A DNA stretch of 64,000 bases from Podarcis gaigeae (GCA_964106915.2 OZ066921.1), one strand, 5' to 3'; shown: positions 11,753-26,197, numbered from the stretch's first letter. Notes: a model not told the origin generated them from the sequence alone. Program-made: numbers and translations.

Positions 11753-13570
11753 CGCCATGTGAATTAAAAAGAAATCTTGGCAAACTTCATATTGTTATCA
11801 CGGCTGTTTTGTCTCTGTCTCTCTTCAGTATCCATGTCTGCTTATCTTGACTGATTCTCTTCCCAGCATGTTAAGGCTGCAATTTCTGAGTTAGCCTTTA
11901 CAGCAATTTGATTGTCCTCTCTATAAATTATCTGGATTTGGAGCCTATTGTATCTACATTCAGCACTGCTGCAATATAAATAACTGTTTTTTAAATTTTG
12001 GTCTATGTTCACTCACTTAAAACTTTAAAACTACAAATCTAGGGGCAGTCTCTATGATGAAAACTTAAGTGTGAACCACCCCTTCGGAACAAACTGTAGG
12101 ATGCTGACCACAGTAATTGTAATTATTCGGATTTAAGTTTTTAAGTTTTTTAAGTCAGAGAAACATTTAATACTATTAGCAAAGAGATAGAAAGAATATT
12201 GAAAAAGTATTCTTATTCAATTAATATGGTCCCCTATATAAATACCATATTGTGGAATATGCTAGTTTTCTTTAGTTTTTGTTAATATGAACTCCCATAG
12301 GTTCAGTTTTTGAAAGGAAGTGGATTGACTGTCAGACAACTAATGCCTAGAAGTAACAGACACATAGTTCTTCTCATCAACTATATCAGATGCTTGAAAA
12401 TGATCTCAAAATATGAAAATCAACAGTAAAGTATTTCTGTGGATTTAAAGTGCTAGCAGTTTTCAAAACATTTTGCAACTGTTGTTCTCTTTTGACTGAA
12501 TTAGCTTCTGAAGTGCAGAATGAAGCTACACTGGAAGATTTGTTAACTAAAGTAGTCTTGGATCTAATTACCAATCTCCCCAATACACAATTAAATCCAC
12601 AGATTTCATTAGGGAAAGTATTGAAATATATCAGCATTGAGCAGTGCTGTAAAGTTTTACCCTAGACTTAAGCCTTGTACTACCAAACCAAGAGGCTCAT
12701 TTTCAGTGTTGAACATACTAGAGAAGGCACTCCTATCTAAACTGAATAATGCACTGAACACATTGCTTAGTCCAGCTATGCTCTGATAAAAAATAGCCTT
12801 ATGGAGAAGGCTAGACTAGGACAGACACATGATGTTCTATTACAAATATTACATGGTCAGTCAAGCAATCTCGGCCCATGAGAGGAAAACCCTGGAGCAC
12901 ATCCATTAGTGAGGGTATTATAAAGTTGGAGGCATTCCAGATGAACAAGAATTTGAATGCCAACTGCCAATTCAGGTTTGCCCCTTCATAACAAAAACAG
13001 TCGTCATTCCCCTAAACAGAATAAAATGATCCAGCAAAAGGACTTTTATTTTAAAAGAACAAACTGTATAAGGCTGAGTAGGTGATAACTTAAGTTTAAA
13101 AAATATTTTGGTAACTGGATTCAAACATACCTACATTTAGCAGGTATCAACTATCCCTTCACACATCATCTAAACACTTTCAGGACCAAACATAAAGTCA
13201 TGTAGCTGAATCATTCATGGTTTCATCAAGCCATGTGGTGGTGGGGAAATGAAAGTAGAAGCCACAAACCCAGAACACTGCTGCAGATTTCATTTCTGTC
13301 CTGGTTTGCAAGGCAGCATTCTCTGGCCCATTCAAACACTCCCATTTAGTTCTAAACTGGCAACTACTACATCAAAATATAATATATCTGAGGCGTCCAA
13401 GACCACCATAGGGGCAAAAGAGGAAATGTGCAATAAAATTTCCCCTACTTCTAAGTCTGTTAGTCTTGTGGTTTTTTTTTTTAAGACTGCAAACTTTTCC
13501 AGCACTGCTCATGCTGACAACAATATTAATATGCATTAGGTCCTTAATTTTACTCAAGTGGAGTACTTAC

Positions 13571-13696
13571 CAGCAGCAACTACACCCGGAGGGGGCGAAC
13601 CTGCCTCACCACCACTTGTTTGACTCATGGATGCTACAGAGAGTTCTCTGGAAGGTGGTAACTGCAGCTCCTTTGGGAGAAGGTCATAGACAGATT
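13571..13696 (-). CDS. NFAT5: NFAT5 coding exon (126 nt), [42 protein letters not shown]
   Basis: Recognisable NFAT5 peptide. Polypyrimidine acceptor ttctttctttttag|AATCTG; donor GCTG|gtaagt; phase 1 at both ends. Confidence 0.97.
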
Positions 13697-16220
13697 CTAA
13701 AAAGAAAGAAAAAATATGTCTTAAGAAAACAAACAAATGTCCCTATATTTTGCTACCAAAATACCAGGAATGCTAAAAATGATGTTGGTATGCCTCAAAT
13801 CTATGATAGAAAGAAAAGGTTGTATTACCTCAGTACCAGAGATAAGAGTCCAAAAGCACTGAAAGAGTCTAGCAATTACACAGGATATCAGTAAAAGACT
13901 AAATCAAATCTTTGGCATTTGTAAGAAATTCCATTGATACTAACTTTCCATCACAGTTATGGCAATGTATGCCAACCAATTGCATTCACCAAATTTTACA
14001 TGGTTTTTAAGGCTTTAGACAAACATCTGAAGAGCACCAACTGTACCCTGCCAAATCACAAACCAGCTTTTGGTGTGTACATGAACACTATCACACATCT
14101 CCCTTTGCATCCCTGCTCCAAACTATATAAAATTTCTGAGACACTAAAGACTAATATTGGGTAGTGCAAGAGTAATGGAACAAAACCTATATGGAAAGTA
14201 TTACAAAGATTGTCTAGGAAGGAAATATAAGCAGGACACAAGCTCCTTGCTGGTTCCTGTTCAGATTTTTCCAGTAAGAAGCACAATGAGTTTCATTTCT
14301 ACGGAATGGTTAGAATTTGACCCTTAACAATCAACTCAACTCTTATAACTGACTCAATTTTCCTTTTTACTATGTTCTGTTTCATATAAATCCATGTTTT
14401 TTTCATAAAAGCAGTCTTCAATATTCATGCCAAACAGTAACATTTACTTTAACAGAGATAATATATGTTTCTGATCCAGACAATCCACTTTTCTGATTCA
14501 GATAATGCACTGTAACATTTTTTTTATTACATAGATCACTAAGTTCTGGCAATTTTCATTCATTTTGCTCAACTATACATTATAAACTATAACCAAAAAA
14601 ACAGATACCCAAAGACGTCCATTTATCATCTGTTACATGATTTTGTATTATTGTACAAATGGCAAGTTTTTAGCCTCCAACAACCCTGGATAATAATGCT
14701 CCTAAACACCAACCACAAGGAGAGGAGATTTGCATGAGACCAAGAGAAGGGTATTCCATGCTGCCTGCCTCCCAAATCAAGATACCAATGAAGTTCTCCT
14801 GAGCTGCGTTCACAGAGTAACTTCACAGAATTGTAAAATCCAACCTCAAAAGGAGAAAGAACGCTACAAACCCCTGAACACATTCCTGGCTTGGATTAAA
14901 ATTTGGAATGAATCATCAATTTAGTTTTCATTAACTTCTCCAAGGAGTCTCATCTAGCATTAATAATATCTTTCCATACAAGGACAGGCCCTTTATTCAG
15001 GTTTTAAAATCCAGGAGGGAAGCAATGGAATGCAGCCCACACAAGGCAACAATGGGCAACAGATCCAGCTGTAGCCTTTGAACTGCAGTTGGCACTATGA
15101 CTAGTAGTACAGAGTGAGAAGATACTCTGCTAACCCTAACTCTTGAGACATGCAAACAAGGTGAAATGTTACTCCTTGCAGGGGAATGAATGTGAGCATT
15201 ATCTCCTTGCCAAAGCCCCCTAGAATATTCTCAAATCTGCCCTTGTGTAGGCACAGAAATCTTCCCCATTAAAATGTGTGTGACTTAGAGAAAATAACTC
15301 CACTTAGATCTCTTTTTAAACAGTGATAGAACAACCTTTTTAAAACTAATCCACCTTTCAACTTGGGCCCCCCAAATTTCCTTGTAAGAAAAAAACTTAC
15401 TTTGGATAGCTTACTTTAATACGTTTGTTGTTACAAGTTAACACTTTGCTTGCAGAAGGCAAAGATAGGGTTCCAAGCAGACTTTACAATTCAAAGTAGC
15501 TCAAGCACGCAAACAAGGAAAATGGCCAGGCACTGTTGGAAAGAAGGCCTGCCTTAAAGGGCATAGCAATACAATTGTGGCTACTTTGCCCAGACTTACA
15601 TACCAACCACAGCTTACACCCGGTGTCCAAATGTTCTTGTCAGCACAGAGAAGAAACCTGGTGCAGCTGGGAAGGAGGGCTGTGAGCAGAGGAAGAAAGG
15701 GGGTAGATCAGTGCAGAGCCTGGGGGGGGGGGTAGTCAGGTTTTTTGCCTCAGGTGAAGTTTCCAGAGGGGCATCATTGAGGCTCCCAGCCTGTGTGTGT
15801 TTGTATGGGGAGTTGCCAAACTGGGTCTTCGACCCAAGGGAAGTAAAGCCTACGTTCACCCCTGGATCAGTGGCAGTGCTTTTATCCCTAATTAAAAGCC
15901 ACTACAGCTCATCTAGGGAAGTAGTCTCAATGAGAGCTTACTTTTAGTGATTGTACAGGCAATACGGAGCATTCAACACCCACTTTATATATACATGCAA
16001 TTATATATAACTGCAGATTACCCTTTAGAAAAAAATCTCTACCTTATTTGGGTCACTGAAGGCAGTATCAAACAAAGTAGTTCCATTAGCACAATGACAT
16101 CTGGTTGCTCAACAGAACTTCCCATTAATCTCCTCAAATCTCCCTCCTCCCAGAACCGATTTAGGTGCATGGAAAGGAGAGGGGAGTTCTTTGGCACAGC
16201 CAGAAGATATTGTCTTAATT

Positions 16221-17391
16221 AATTGCAGAGTTTTGAGAAATTAAAAGATAAAGTGCGAGACTGGCTTCATTATTATCAAATAAGGGAGGTTTACAATTTG
16301 GACAGAAAAATTGGCTTCCAGGTGGAAAAATCAAAATTGGAAACAGAACTGTTAGATCCCAAAACTAAGATATTATCAAGAATGTATAACTTGCTGTTGA
16401 AATGGAATACTCAGGATGAAACGGTTAAATCTGCTATGATTAAATGGGCACAAGATGTTGGACATAATATAATGTTTGCTGACTGGGAACAGTTGTGGAC
16501 CACAGGTATGAATTTTACGGCATGTAATGCCTTAAGAGAGAATATTATGAAAATGATTTACAGGTGGTACATGACACCAGTCAAGCTTGCATTTGCCCGA
16601 TAATAAGTGCTGGAAATGTAAAGAGAATGAAGGTACATTCTTTCACCTTTGGTGGACGTGCCCAAGGATTAAGGCTTTCTGGGAGATGATCTATAATGAA
16701 ATGAAAAAGTTATTTAAATATACCTTCCTGAAGAAACCAGAGGCCTTTCTCCTGGGCATGGTCGGCCAATTGGTGCCAAAGAAGGATAGAACTTTCTTTA
16801 TGTACGCTACAACAGCAGCAAGAATACTCATCACAAAGTATTGGAAGACACAAGATCTACCCACCCTGGAAGAATGGCAGATGAAAGTGATAGACTATAT
16901 GGAACTGGCGGAAATGACTGGCAGAATCCGAGACCAGGGAGAAGAGTCGGTGGAAGACTGGAAGAAATTCAAAGACTATTTGCAGAAACATTGTAAAATT
17001 AATGAATGTTAAAATGATGTCGGATTGAAATGAAGCGGCCTTAGCAACAAGGTTAAAAAGAATATGTAAAAATGGATTGATAACGGATGAAAATATAAAG
17101 TTATAATATGTTAAGAGATAGAAATTAAGATAAAAACAAAGAGGGTAAGGATTTGCTGAATTAACCATGTGAACTGGAATACAAAAAAGGGAGGCGTGAG
17201 GAGGTCAGGGAAATAAGTAAATGAAATTTAAGATATGAAAAGATTGATTTGTTTTTAATTGTTTTCTATTTATTTTTTCTGTATTTTGCATTTTTTCTAT
17301 TTTTTGTACTCTTCTTTTTTTCGTTTTTATTCTGTAACTTTTTTCTCTTTGTAAAACCTTAATAAATATCTTTTTTTAAAAAAAATTCGTC
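16221..17391 (+). mobile_element. 5'-truncated L1-clade LINE (ORF2 C-terminus with CCHC zinc knuckle, 3'UTR), antisense in an NFAT5 intron
   Basis: ORFs 16223-16603 and 16587-17012 are one frameshifted ORF2 tail (CWKC...TFFHLWWTC). AATAAA at 17361 and A tract; ~16-bp TSD agatattgtcttaatt (16205-16220) / agatactgccttaatt (17392-17407). Confidence 0.9.
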
Positions 17392-20289
17392 AGATACTGC
17401 CTTAATTTATTTAGTTTATGTAGAGCATTATATGCACAACTCACCCAAATGATTCCATTGAAGAAAAAACTATAAATATGATGTATTTATATTGTAGCAC
17501 ACCAAAAAATACAATAAAACCAGGCAGTAGTTATGATGTTAGTGTACCTCCATAGCGAAGGCATTCCAGTAACAGGGGTAAAACTCAGCAGTTTGACAGA
17601 GCTAAGGGCACCCAACACTCTGACAAATAAAGCATCTGGTATGACACAGATCCCTATCATGGAGGTCTCATTTCTACTGCAGTTTCTGAACAGGGTAAGA
17701 AACAGAAGGAGCCTCTTGCAAAAGCAGGATGAGAAGCTGTTTCTTATATTTCCTGAACTCCACACAAATTAGGTATGACCATGCCTTTGTCCCATGCCCT
17801 CAGCACATACTGGAGTACTCAAGGGAGGGGTGTAGAAGAAGCTACAAATGATGGCTGGCTCCTTAGCCAAGTCATGATTTGTGGATCCCTTGTGGACAAT
17901 AATTACCTAATTCCAAGATTAATGTTAAGAAAGTACTTCGTGCCACAAGGTGTATGTCAACAGCCAATAGTTCAGGTGTTTAGTTCTAAATAAATATTTT
18001 ATTGCCAATTTTAATGTTTGTTGTTGTTGTTGTTGTTTGTAAATCACTTAGAGGTTCTATTTACAATCAAGCAGTATAGAAATTTTGTTAAATAAATAAA
18101 TATATAAAATTGGCAGAATCGTCACATCTTTTTGCCCAGGAATCTTCGCTGATTTTTGCTTCGGAATGCTGACGGCAATTGTTTTGGAACATTTATTCTG
18201 CCAACAGTTTCTGCCCTGCAAAGATACAACATTCTTGTCCACTTCAAGCTTGGGTCTCAACATGACTGGCAACTGCACTGGAAAACATACCAGTTGCATG
18301 CCTGATGCGCATTAGCTTTCTAAAAGATTATGACAGCCAAGAATAACTGCCAGCATTCTACACATAATCATTCTAGCATCTTACTACTGTACTGCTTGCT
18401 GAAATAAGCACATCAGCTTCTAGGTATAGGACCTTGTTCTAAGAAGAGAGAATATCAGAACTTCCAACTATCAAGCAACACCACTGAATCTGAATTGATT
18501 GTCACCTTAGCTAGCATACTTTCCAAATGGGCTTTGTTATCCACCTTTGTTATATCTGAAACTAGAGGAGCATTTTCCCCTCCTTAAATCATATTTTTCA
18601 CATCATATATATCTTCAATTGCTGAAAGGGTTTAGAAGGATTCCATCCCTTTAAGTAAAAGCCAAATATCTACCATCTGGTCAACATAATCTGTACACAT
18701 CTCTTTTTCTGAGAACAGTAGAGCAAGTCAGATAGCCATCAGAGCAAAACACAACAGTCAGAATGCAAAGAATTGCACAACTGAGCACATGCAACCAATA
18801 TGGCTGTGGGCTTCTGCTTCTCTGTCAGAAGGCTACCATGCTATAGAGCAAACCACTCTTTTGAAATGGAGGAAAATGTCGAAAGTAGTCAAAATGCCTT
18901 CTAGGCAGTTTTCATGGTTAAAATATTCTCTGGATTCTAATCAATATTGTTTAAATATTTCCCCTAATAACATAATCGTCCCTAAAATACAACTTTACAT
19001 ATATATTTTTGTATACTTGAATAAAATATGCTGATTTTCTTAAACATTATTTCAACATTTTAAAAGTAATTAACTTATAAAAACATGTTTTGAACTAATT
19101 ATATACAATATAACAATGTAGTATCTTGTTGACCAACTTTTGCTGCTTTTATCATCTTGATAACTAGGCAGCTTTCTTCCTCCTATCACCGCTACCAAAA
19201 TGTCTGTTTTCCTATTCATTTCTTTTGGAACATACCACAGAGGTCTCCCTTAATGTGTGTTTTGCTATTGGTGCAGGTCCAAATGCGACTACGTGGAGAT
19301 TTCTGGGTGCTAGGTTGGTGATTGACATATCCATCGAGCCAGCTGACTCGCACACAGTCCTCCATCATCACATCAAGGGAAATAAGTACAGTTCTGAGTA
19401 GAGATGTATTTGACTATGCTACAGCCATTCCACTCAAATGGAACTCATAAAGCACAGTTAAAAACCTCTGCCTTAGTCCACTGTTAATACCATTTCCATA
19501 GTGAGTTTCTCCTTGCATACTGGGATAAATGAATTGTTGTAAGAGCCAGCAATGTAGTTGAGATCATAGAATCGTAGATTTGTAGCGCGGGAAGGGACAC
19601 CAAGGGTCATCTATTCCAACCCCCTGTCAAGCAGACATTCCGTTGTGGTGACTGCAACCTACATTTAAGGTGCCATTTGGTGCCCAGCGAGTTTCTAGCA
19701 CTATCCCTTCTTCCTTTTGCCATTATTGAATTACATGTAAATTCTCTTTCTGAACTTGACCCCTCTACTTGGTTTGGAAACAGAAGCAGAACTTCAGAGC
19801 CAAGAAATGCATGCTGTTCGTACAAGCATACTCTCATCTGATTCACCAATTTGGTCCTCCAAATTGGTGGACCTACAACTCCCATCAACCCCATCAAGTT
19901 CAGCAACATTTGGAGGGCCAAAGGTTCCCCACACCTGAAATATACCTTCTCTCATTCTTATTATGAACTTCATCTGTAATTTTGATTTCTATGAGGGCCG
20001 TACTATAGAAAAACAAGGCCTAAGTTCAAAAGTAAGCAAACCATTCTGAACAAGATTAAGGTATTCAGGAGGTAATTTCCTTCCTCTTTATTAATGGAAA
20101 GCAATACAGCTGGCTCAAAACTAATGACAAATTGCTGCCTGCATGAATGCCCATCACACCAACTATGAGAGCTTTGCTGTAAGTAGATGTTAAACCAATT
20201 TTAGAATCACAGAATTGTAGAGCTAGAAGGGTCTCCGGGGGCCATCTAGTCCAACCCCCTGCAGTGCAGGAATCTCAATTAGATAATAA

Positions 20290-20291
<2 letters not shown>

Positions 20292-20336
<45 letters not shown>
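20292..20336. repeat. (TTA)n microsatellite
   Basis: Read directly. Confidence 0.95.
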
Positions 20337-20338
<2 letters not shown>

Positions 20339-20670
20339 CTGCCCATCTGGCTGAGTCTCCCCAGCCACTCTGGGTGGCTCCCTATCAAATGTTAAAAACA
20401 GTACAGCATTAAATATTAAAAACTTCCCTAAACAGGGCTGCCTTCAGATGTCTTGTAAAGATAGGATAGCTGCTTATTTCCTTCACATCTGAAGGGAGGG
20501 TGTTCCACAGGGTGGGCGCCACTACCGAGAAGGCTCTCTGTCTGGTTCTCTGTAACCTCACTTCTCACAATGAGGGTACTGCCAGAAGGCCCTTGGCGCT
20601 GCATCTCAATGTCCAGGCTGAACGATGGGGGTGGAAACGCTCCTTCAGGTATACAGGACCGAGGCAGTTT
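20335..20670 (-). mobile_element. L2-like LINE 3' fragment with trinucleotide tail
   Basis: (TTA)n microsatellite tail; minus translation GPVYLKERFHPHRSAWTLR resembles an L2 ORF2 end; similar to the copy at 21423. Confidence 0.75.
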
Positions 20671-21382
20671 TGTATCATATTGTATATGACAGATGGCCAT
20701 CCAATGACTCTGTTCCACTGTCCAACAGCTCTTACTGCCAGAAAGTCAGGATCTCCATTCTTATATCTTGAATTCATTAGTAATTTGAAAGCATTGAATC
20801 CATTATTTTCAAGCCAACAAACCCAAGTTATCATGCAGAAACTTAACTTTCTTACTGTGCTTATGTAGGAAGACATGGTTTACTATTAACACACCCTAGT
20901 ATGTATAAGGTTTTTACAGATACTTGAATGTTTACTCAAGAGTGTTAGTTGGAACAAACAAAGCTAACACTGGAATGTGCTATACTGTTCCAACTAAATA
21001 CATACTAGGCACATGAAAAGGCGCAGAAGAAAAGCAGTACATCAGTGGAAGCTTTTAAAACCTAAGGGGATTAACCTTTACCCCATCTTATGATATGCTG
21101 AACAGACTAACAACCTCAAAATTTTCATACTAGAAATTCCTAGCCCTTGACACATTTTTATAGTTCTTCTCTGCACCATGCACAATTATTTTTACTCAGC
21201 TGTGAATATTGGAAGTACCCTACCTAGTATTACAACTGAGGCTTCACTGCTACTGTGATTAGAAGCCAATTGTTTGAAAAATCATTTTAAATTCTGTTTT
21301 AAAAAAAATCTAGCAATAACAGCTGGGATAAAAAATGGAAACAAAGTAAGAGGGAAATGGAGAAGCAGCATGGATTAGGTGC

Positions 21383-21384
<2 letters not shown>

Positions 21385-21423
<39 letters not shown>
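21385..21423. repeat. (TAA)n microsatellite
   Basis: Read directly. Confidence 0.95.
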
Positions 21424-21424
<1 letters not shown>

Positions 21425-21718
21425 TTATACACCACCCATCTGGCTGGGTTTCCCCAGCCACTCTGGGCAGCTCCCAACAGAATATTAAAAACACAATAAA
21501 ACATCAAACATTAAAAACTTCCCTAAACAGGGCTGCCTTCAGATGTCTTCTAAAAGTCAGATAGTGTTTGTTTCTTTGACATCTGATAGGAGGGCGTTCC
21601 ACAGGGCGGGCACCACTATTGAGAAGGCCCTCTGTCTGGTTCCCTGTAACCTCACTTCTTTCAGCGAGGGAATGTCTGGGCTGAACGATGGGGGCAGAGA
21701 CGCTCCTTCAGGTATACT
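21423..21718 (-). mobile_element. L2-like LINE 3' fragment with (TAA)n tail
   Basis: Aligns by eye with 20335-20655, with a ~30-bp internal deletion. Confidence 0.75.
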
Positions 21719-24227
21719 GTAGATCTTTCAGGACTGGGGTTATATGGTCTCCTTATAAGGTCTCTAGTTATATGCTAGAGCCCTGTTCAGTGAAGCGAGG
21801 CCACTAAAAGCCCAAGTCTGCTCCCCCTATGAACAACAAATATGTTCATATTTGGCCCCTACAAAGCCACAAATGCTTTTGTCCAAACCACTGTTTTGCC
21901 TTTGGGCTGGGCTAATAATGGAACAGCCAGACAGCAACTCTCAGAGGGATTTCATTTGCCAGTTTTAAACTTGAGAGAACAAGAAGCCCAGTGCCACTTG
22001 AAAGCATCTATTAACCAACCACTAGAACCCTATCCAAGACCCTTTTGCTCTCTAGCAATTCCAGCACACCAGTTTTTCCTTCACCACTATGGATGCTGGA
22101 ACAGAAGAGAGGCGAAAATTCTCATAAAGACCAGGACAGGTATCCAATGCTACTCAGAGTAGATCCTTGAAGTTAATTGGCACAACAAACTTAGGTTCAT
22201 TAATTTCAATGGGTGTGCTCCTGAGTAGGATTTAGTTGGATACAACCATAGGTCCTCACCACATTCTGCAATTTGTGCTTCTCAGCACAGATGCCTATTA
22301 ATAGCATTTACTACTGCTCAGTCCTTGCCAGGTTACAGTGTCCTGTTCTGTAGTAAACACAGCCTACGTTAACAAGTCTATCAATGTAACTTTCCTGTTA
22401 TGTCAAGACTTTTAGCTGGCTAATGATGACCATGGATACAGTGGTGTAGCTTTATTAATCTTTAAAACTATTATTTTTTTAAAAAAATCAACCATAGTGT
22501 TACAAGAACTACTATTTGCTGTGGAATTAATTTTTGACTGTTGTTTGTGAAAAGCAATAGTATGCAAAGAAATAAAAGCACCAGCAAGCTTGGAGAAATT
22601 GCAGGAACGGGTCAGAAAAAGAATAGACCTGTAGCACTTTAAGACTAATAAATTTATTATTACATAAGCTTTCATAAATAAATCTGCTAAATCTTTAAGG
22701 TACTACGGGAGTCTGTTTTTGCTGCAACAGAATAATGGCTCATAATCTGAAGTTTACACTCAAGATGGAGTTTATCCTGATACAAGATGTTGGTTAGAAC
22801 TTCAGTCAGTGAACCTTATACCATGCATCTCCCAAAACAGCAATATTTACAAGCAAGTTTCTTTATCTATTTCCATCAGCTAGGCTTTTTACTTTTTAAA
22901 GAAACAAGGGGTTGTAGGCAATGCTAGTTCTACTCAGAGGAGACCTACTCAAATTAATAGATATTAGTTCCATTAATTTCAATGAGTAAGGAATCTATGT
23001 GGGACAGAAAATTGATCCCAACTGTCCTTAAGTATTTATTCACCCCAGAGAAATCCAGGGCCCACAGGACAATACAACTCAGTTACAAACTAGATTCAAC
23101 CAAAACAGCAGAGGCAAGATGTATAGACCTCTCAAATGTAATCATTCTTAACACACCCTGTAAGCAATTTAGAATATAGGAGAGCTACAATATGCTAGCT
23201 ACAGCCTGCAATGAATTCAGTTCAATATACCAAATATGTCAAAGTTGACTAAGAGGATAAACAAGATCAAGAAAATGGTAGTACTCACTCTCTCTTGACT
23301 TCAACTATTATAATTAAGGAAAATTCGTGAAGTACTTGCCTGGGAGCTACAATTTATAAACAATTACAAGAATGAACAGATCTTTCTTTTTCTTTTTCTA
23401 TTAAGTTTTCTTCTTTAAATTTCACCGGAGACGCCCAAAAATACATTATGAAAACTTGTATTCTTGTACATACTGTATATAACAGTATACATATACATAT
23501 ACATATCTTTGTTTCTATGGGTCTTTGCAAGTACCCATCACCCCTGCTAATGAACAAAAATATTCTGTATAAAAGTAATGAAGATGTTACAACGCTTCTA
23601 AAATTTTAAGAGTTTAAACTTTACAAGTAAGAAGAGATTACTCTGATTTCTGGTGTTACTGCAGGGGAGAAGGAAGCCTGCCATCCACCTTGTAAGGCAG
23701 CTGTCATACTCCTTACCAGATTTGAAATCAGTAATTTTTATTATCTCAAGACTTGACTAAAACAAAAGCTGCTGCATGGACTCAGAAAACCGTTTAGTTA
23801 AATGATTGATCGTGAAAATAATTCATGTATATTCAGAATCCTGTGTTTTATTACAATTCTTATTTAAAAGCACCTAAAATTCTAGACACTGTACAAAAAT
23901 CAAAAGCCATAGGCTCTGCCTATAGGTTTATAATTAACAGACATGATAACAAAAATCATTGGAAGAGAGGAGAAAAATAAGCAAATTTAGAAACAATTCA
24001 TACATACAGTTTTAGAATTGTCATAATGATTAGGTAGAATGTTCCCTAAAGGAGACAGTTCTAAGACAGGAGGAGCCAAGTTATACCGTACTTGGCCCCA
24101 GCCAATTGGCTGTGTCACTTTTCACTTGCTGGGTGCAGGTGAAATGGCTGCTAATGAAGACAGTACAATGAAGAAACAGTAAAGTGTAAGAATATTATAA
24201 TGTTTGCTAATTGAGAACAGTCTAGCC

Positions 24228-25487
24228 CAGATTTTCCTAACTGGGGGCTATATGGGACTCCCCAGGATATTTCAGGGGGGCCACAGGTGAAGATCACATA
24301 AATGGGGCCACAGCATGAGGCTAAGGGGGCCACAGAGGGAAGTGAGAAGTGAAGGGGGGGAATCATTTTTTAAAATCTGATTGGCTGGCTATCTGCTTGG
24401 CCAATCACAAGCGGGTATGTGGGTGCCCCACCAGGGCCTAATGCTCCTTTTTGCCACGTGCGTGTCCTGGTTTGTTTCCAGTGGGAGAGGACGATCGCTG
24501 AGGTTCCCATTTAGACCAGTAGAGCCCATGATCCAGAACCCCCAGGTCAGAAAACTGCAGTGGTGGAGTGGCAATGGGTAAGACTGGGGTGGATTTCACC
24601 CTGCTGCCAGTGCTGGGCCCAGTGGCAGCTTGGGCCTGACTCTGCAAGGTGCAGGGTGCAATCCACCCCAGCGCCTAGTGGATCAGGGCCTTCAGATGCT
24701 GCTGAGGGGTACAGGGCCTGTCAGCAGTGTTGGCATGGCTCTACAAGGTGCAGGGTGAAATCCACCCCAGTGCCTAGCCGAGCGGGGTCATCTGGTGCTA
24801 CTGACTTGCATCTAGTAAATAACTAAGCGTCTACTCAGAAGAAAGCCACACTGAGTTCAGTGGGCCTTACTCCCAGGTAAGGGTGTGGAGGATTATAGTG
24901 TGCTATCACCAGGGGCCCCTCAGGATAACAAGATCTTTTTGCACCAGGTCAATGAGGACCACTTGCTTTTTAAAACTCTCCCATACTGTATATACAGCAA
25001 TCCTTGTGTTTCTTTTGAACTGTATCTATAGGTTTCCCCCTCTGTGTCAAATAACTGGGGTCAAATAAGTGTTTATTTTTGTAATACATGGAAGGTGGAT
25101 CTCCCTTGGGATGTTCTGGACACTCCTTCCTTGGAGGTTTCTAAACAGAGGATGGATGGCCATCTGTCATGGATGCTTTAGCGGAGATTCCTACATTGCA
25201 TGGAGTTGCACTTGAAAGATGACCCTGGGGTCCCTTCCAGCTCTATGATTCTATGTTTTTCTCCTTCAACAATCCTATCATTTTATGTAATTGTATTTTG
25301 TAAAAAAATATAACTAAAACGTGTTCTATTCACAAACAAAACATTTAAAGAGCTACCTTTCTACCAGTAGGATTTGTTGGGGGGCAGAACATCATATTTG
25401 TAGTGATTTTTTTTAAAAAAAAAAAACTTATTGTGGGGGCACAAGAAGGAAACAAGATTGGAAGGGGACCACATTCGGAAAACGCTG
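24228..25487. mobile_element. 1.26-kb non-autonomous hAT transposon with nested CR1 3' fragment (~25115-25255)
   Basis: Perfect 8-bp TSD GTCTAGCC (24220-24227, 25488-25495); imperfect TIRs cagattttcctaa / ttcggaaaacgctg; subterminal ggggccac repeats. Confidence 0.8.
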
Positions 25488-25660
25488 GTCTAGCCAACAA
25501 GAATTGAAAAATAACTGCTTAGACTACAACAGGTTTAAAATAAAATAAAGACCTTTGACATTTATAATCATTGATTATAAATCAGCATACTTTTAAAAAG
25601 AAAAAAGTAAGAGAACATTCTAAAATGCCTCAAAATAAGCAAATAAAGTTATTCACCAGA

Positions 25661-26003
25661 AAAGAAGAGACTGAGGAGATATGATAGCCATTTTCAAATA
25701 TCTAATGGGCTGTCACATGGAAGATGGAGCAAGCTTGTTTTCTCCTGTTCCAGAAGCTAGGACCCAGTCCAATGGATTCAAGTTACAAGAAAGGAGATCT
25801 GAACTAAACATCAGGAAAAGCTGTTTGACAGTGGAAAGGACTCCTTCAAAAGGAGGTGGACTCTCCTTCATTGGAGGCTTTTAAGCAGTGGTTGGGTTGG
25901 GTGGTCATCTGTCATGGATGCTTTAGTTGAGATTCCTGCACTGCAGGGGGTTCGACTAGATGACCCTCAGGGTCACTTCCAACTCTACAATTCTATGATT
26001 CTA
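25661..26003 (+). mobile_element. CR1 LINE 3' fragment
   Basis: ORF2-end peptide DMIAIFKYLMGCH...RTQSNGFKL and CR1 terminal (ATTCTATG)-type repeats. Confidence 0.88.
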
Positions 26004-26139
26004 AGACCTATGCAAAAGACCAACGAAAGTAGTTACTCTAGAATGATAATGGTAGATTTCAAACCACCACTACAATAACCATGACTGAATCAGCAAGAAC
26101 CAATGAAGTTACTAGGAACTGTTGCCACTGCATAAGAGT

Positions 26140-26141
<2 letters not shown>

Positions 26142-26197
<56 letters not shown>
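26142..26197. repeat. (AC)n microsatellite
   Basis: Read directly. Confidence 0.97.

Noticed and set aside
14785-14835. NSVKLL segment resembling the recalled mammalian 54-nt NFAT5 exon 2 (DSLKLH...)
   Set aside because: Preceded by AA rather than AG, similarity ends after ~15 nt, and the position is wrong. No convincing exon-2 orthologue was found.
15577-15906. Possible solo LTR (also TGTTACG... at ~63831 to the window end)
   Set aside because: TG...CA-like ends and a poly(A)-like motif, but no TSD or second copy to confirm.
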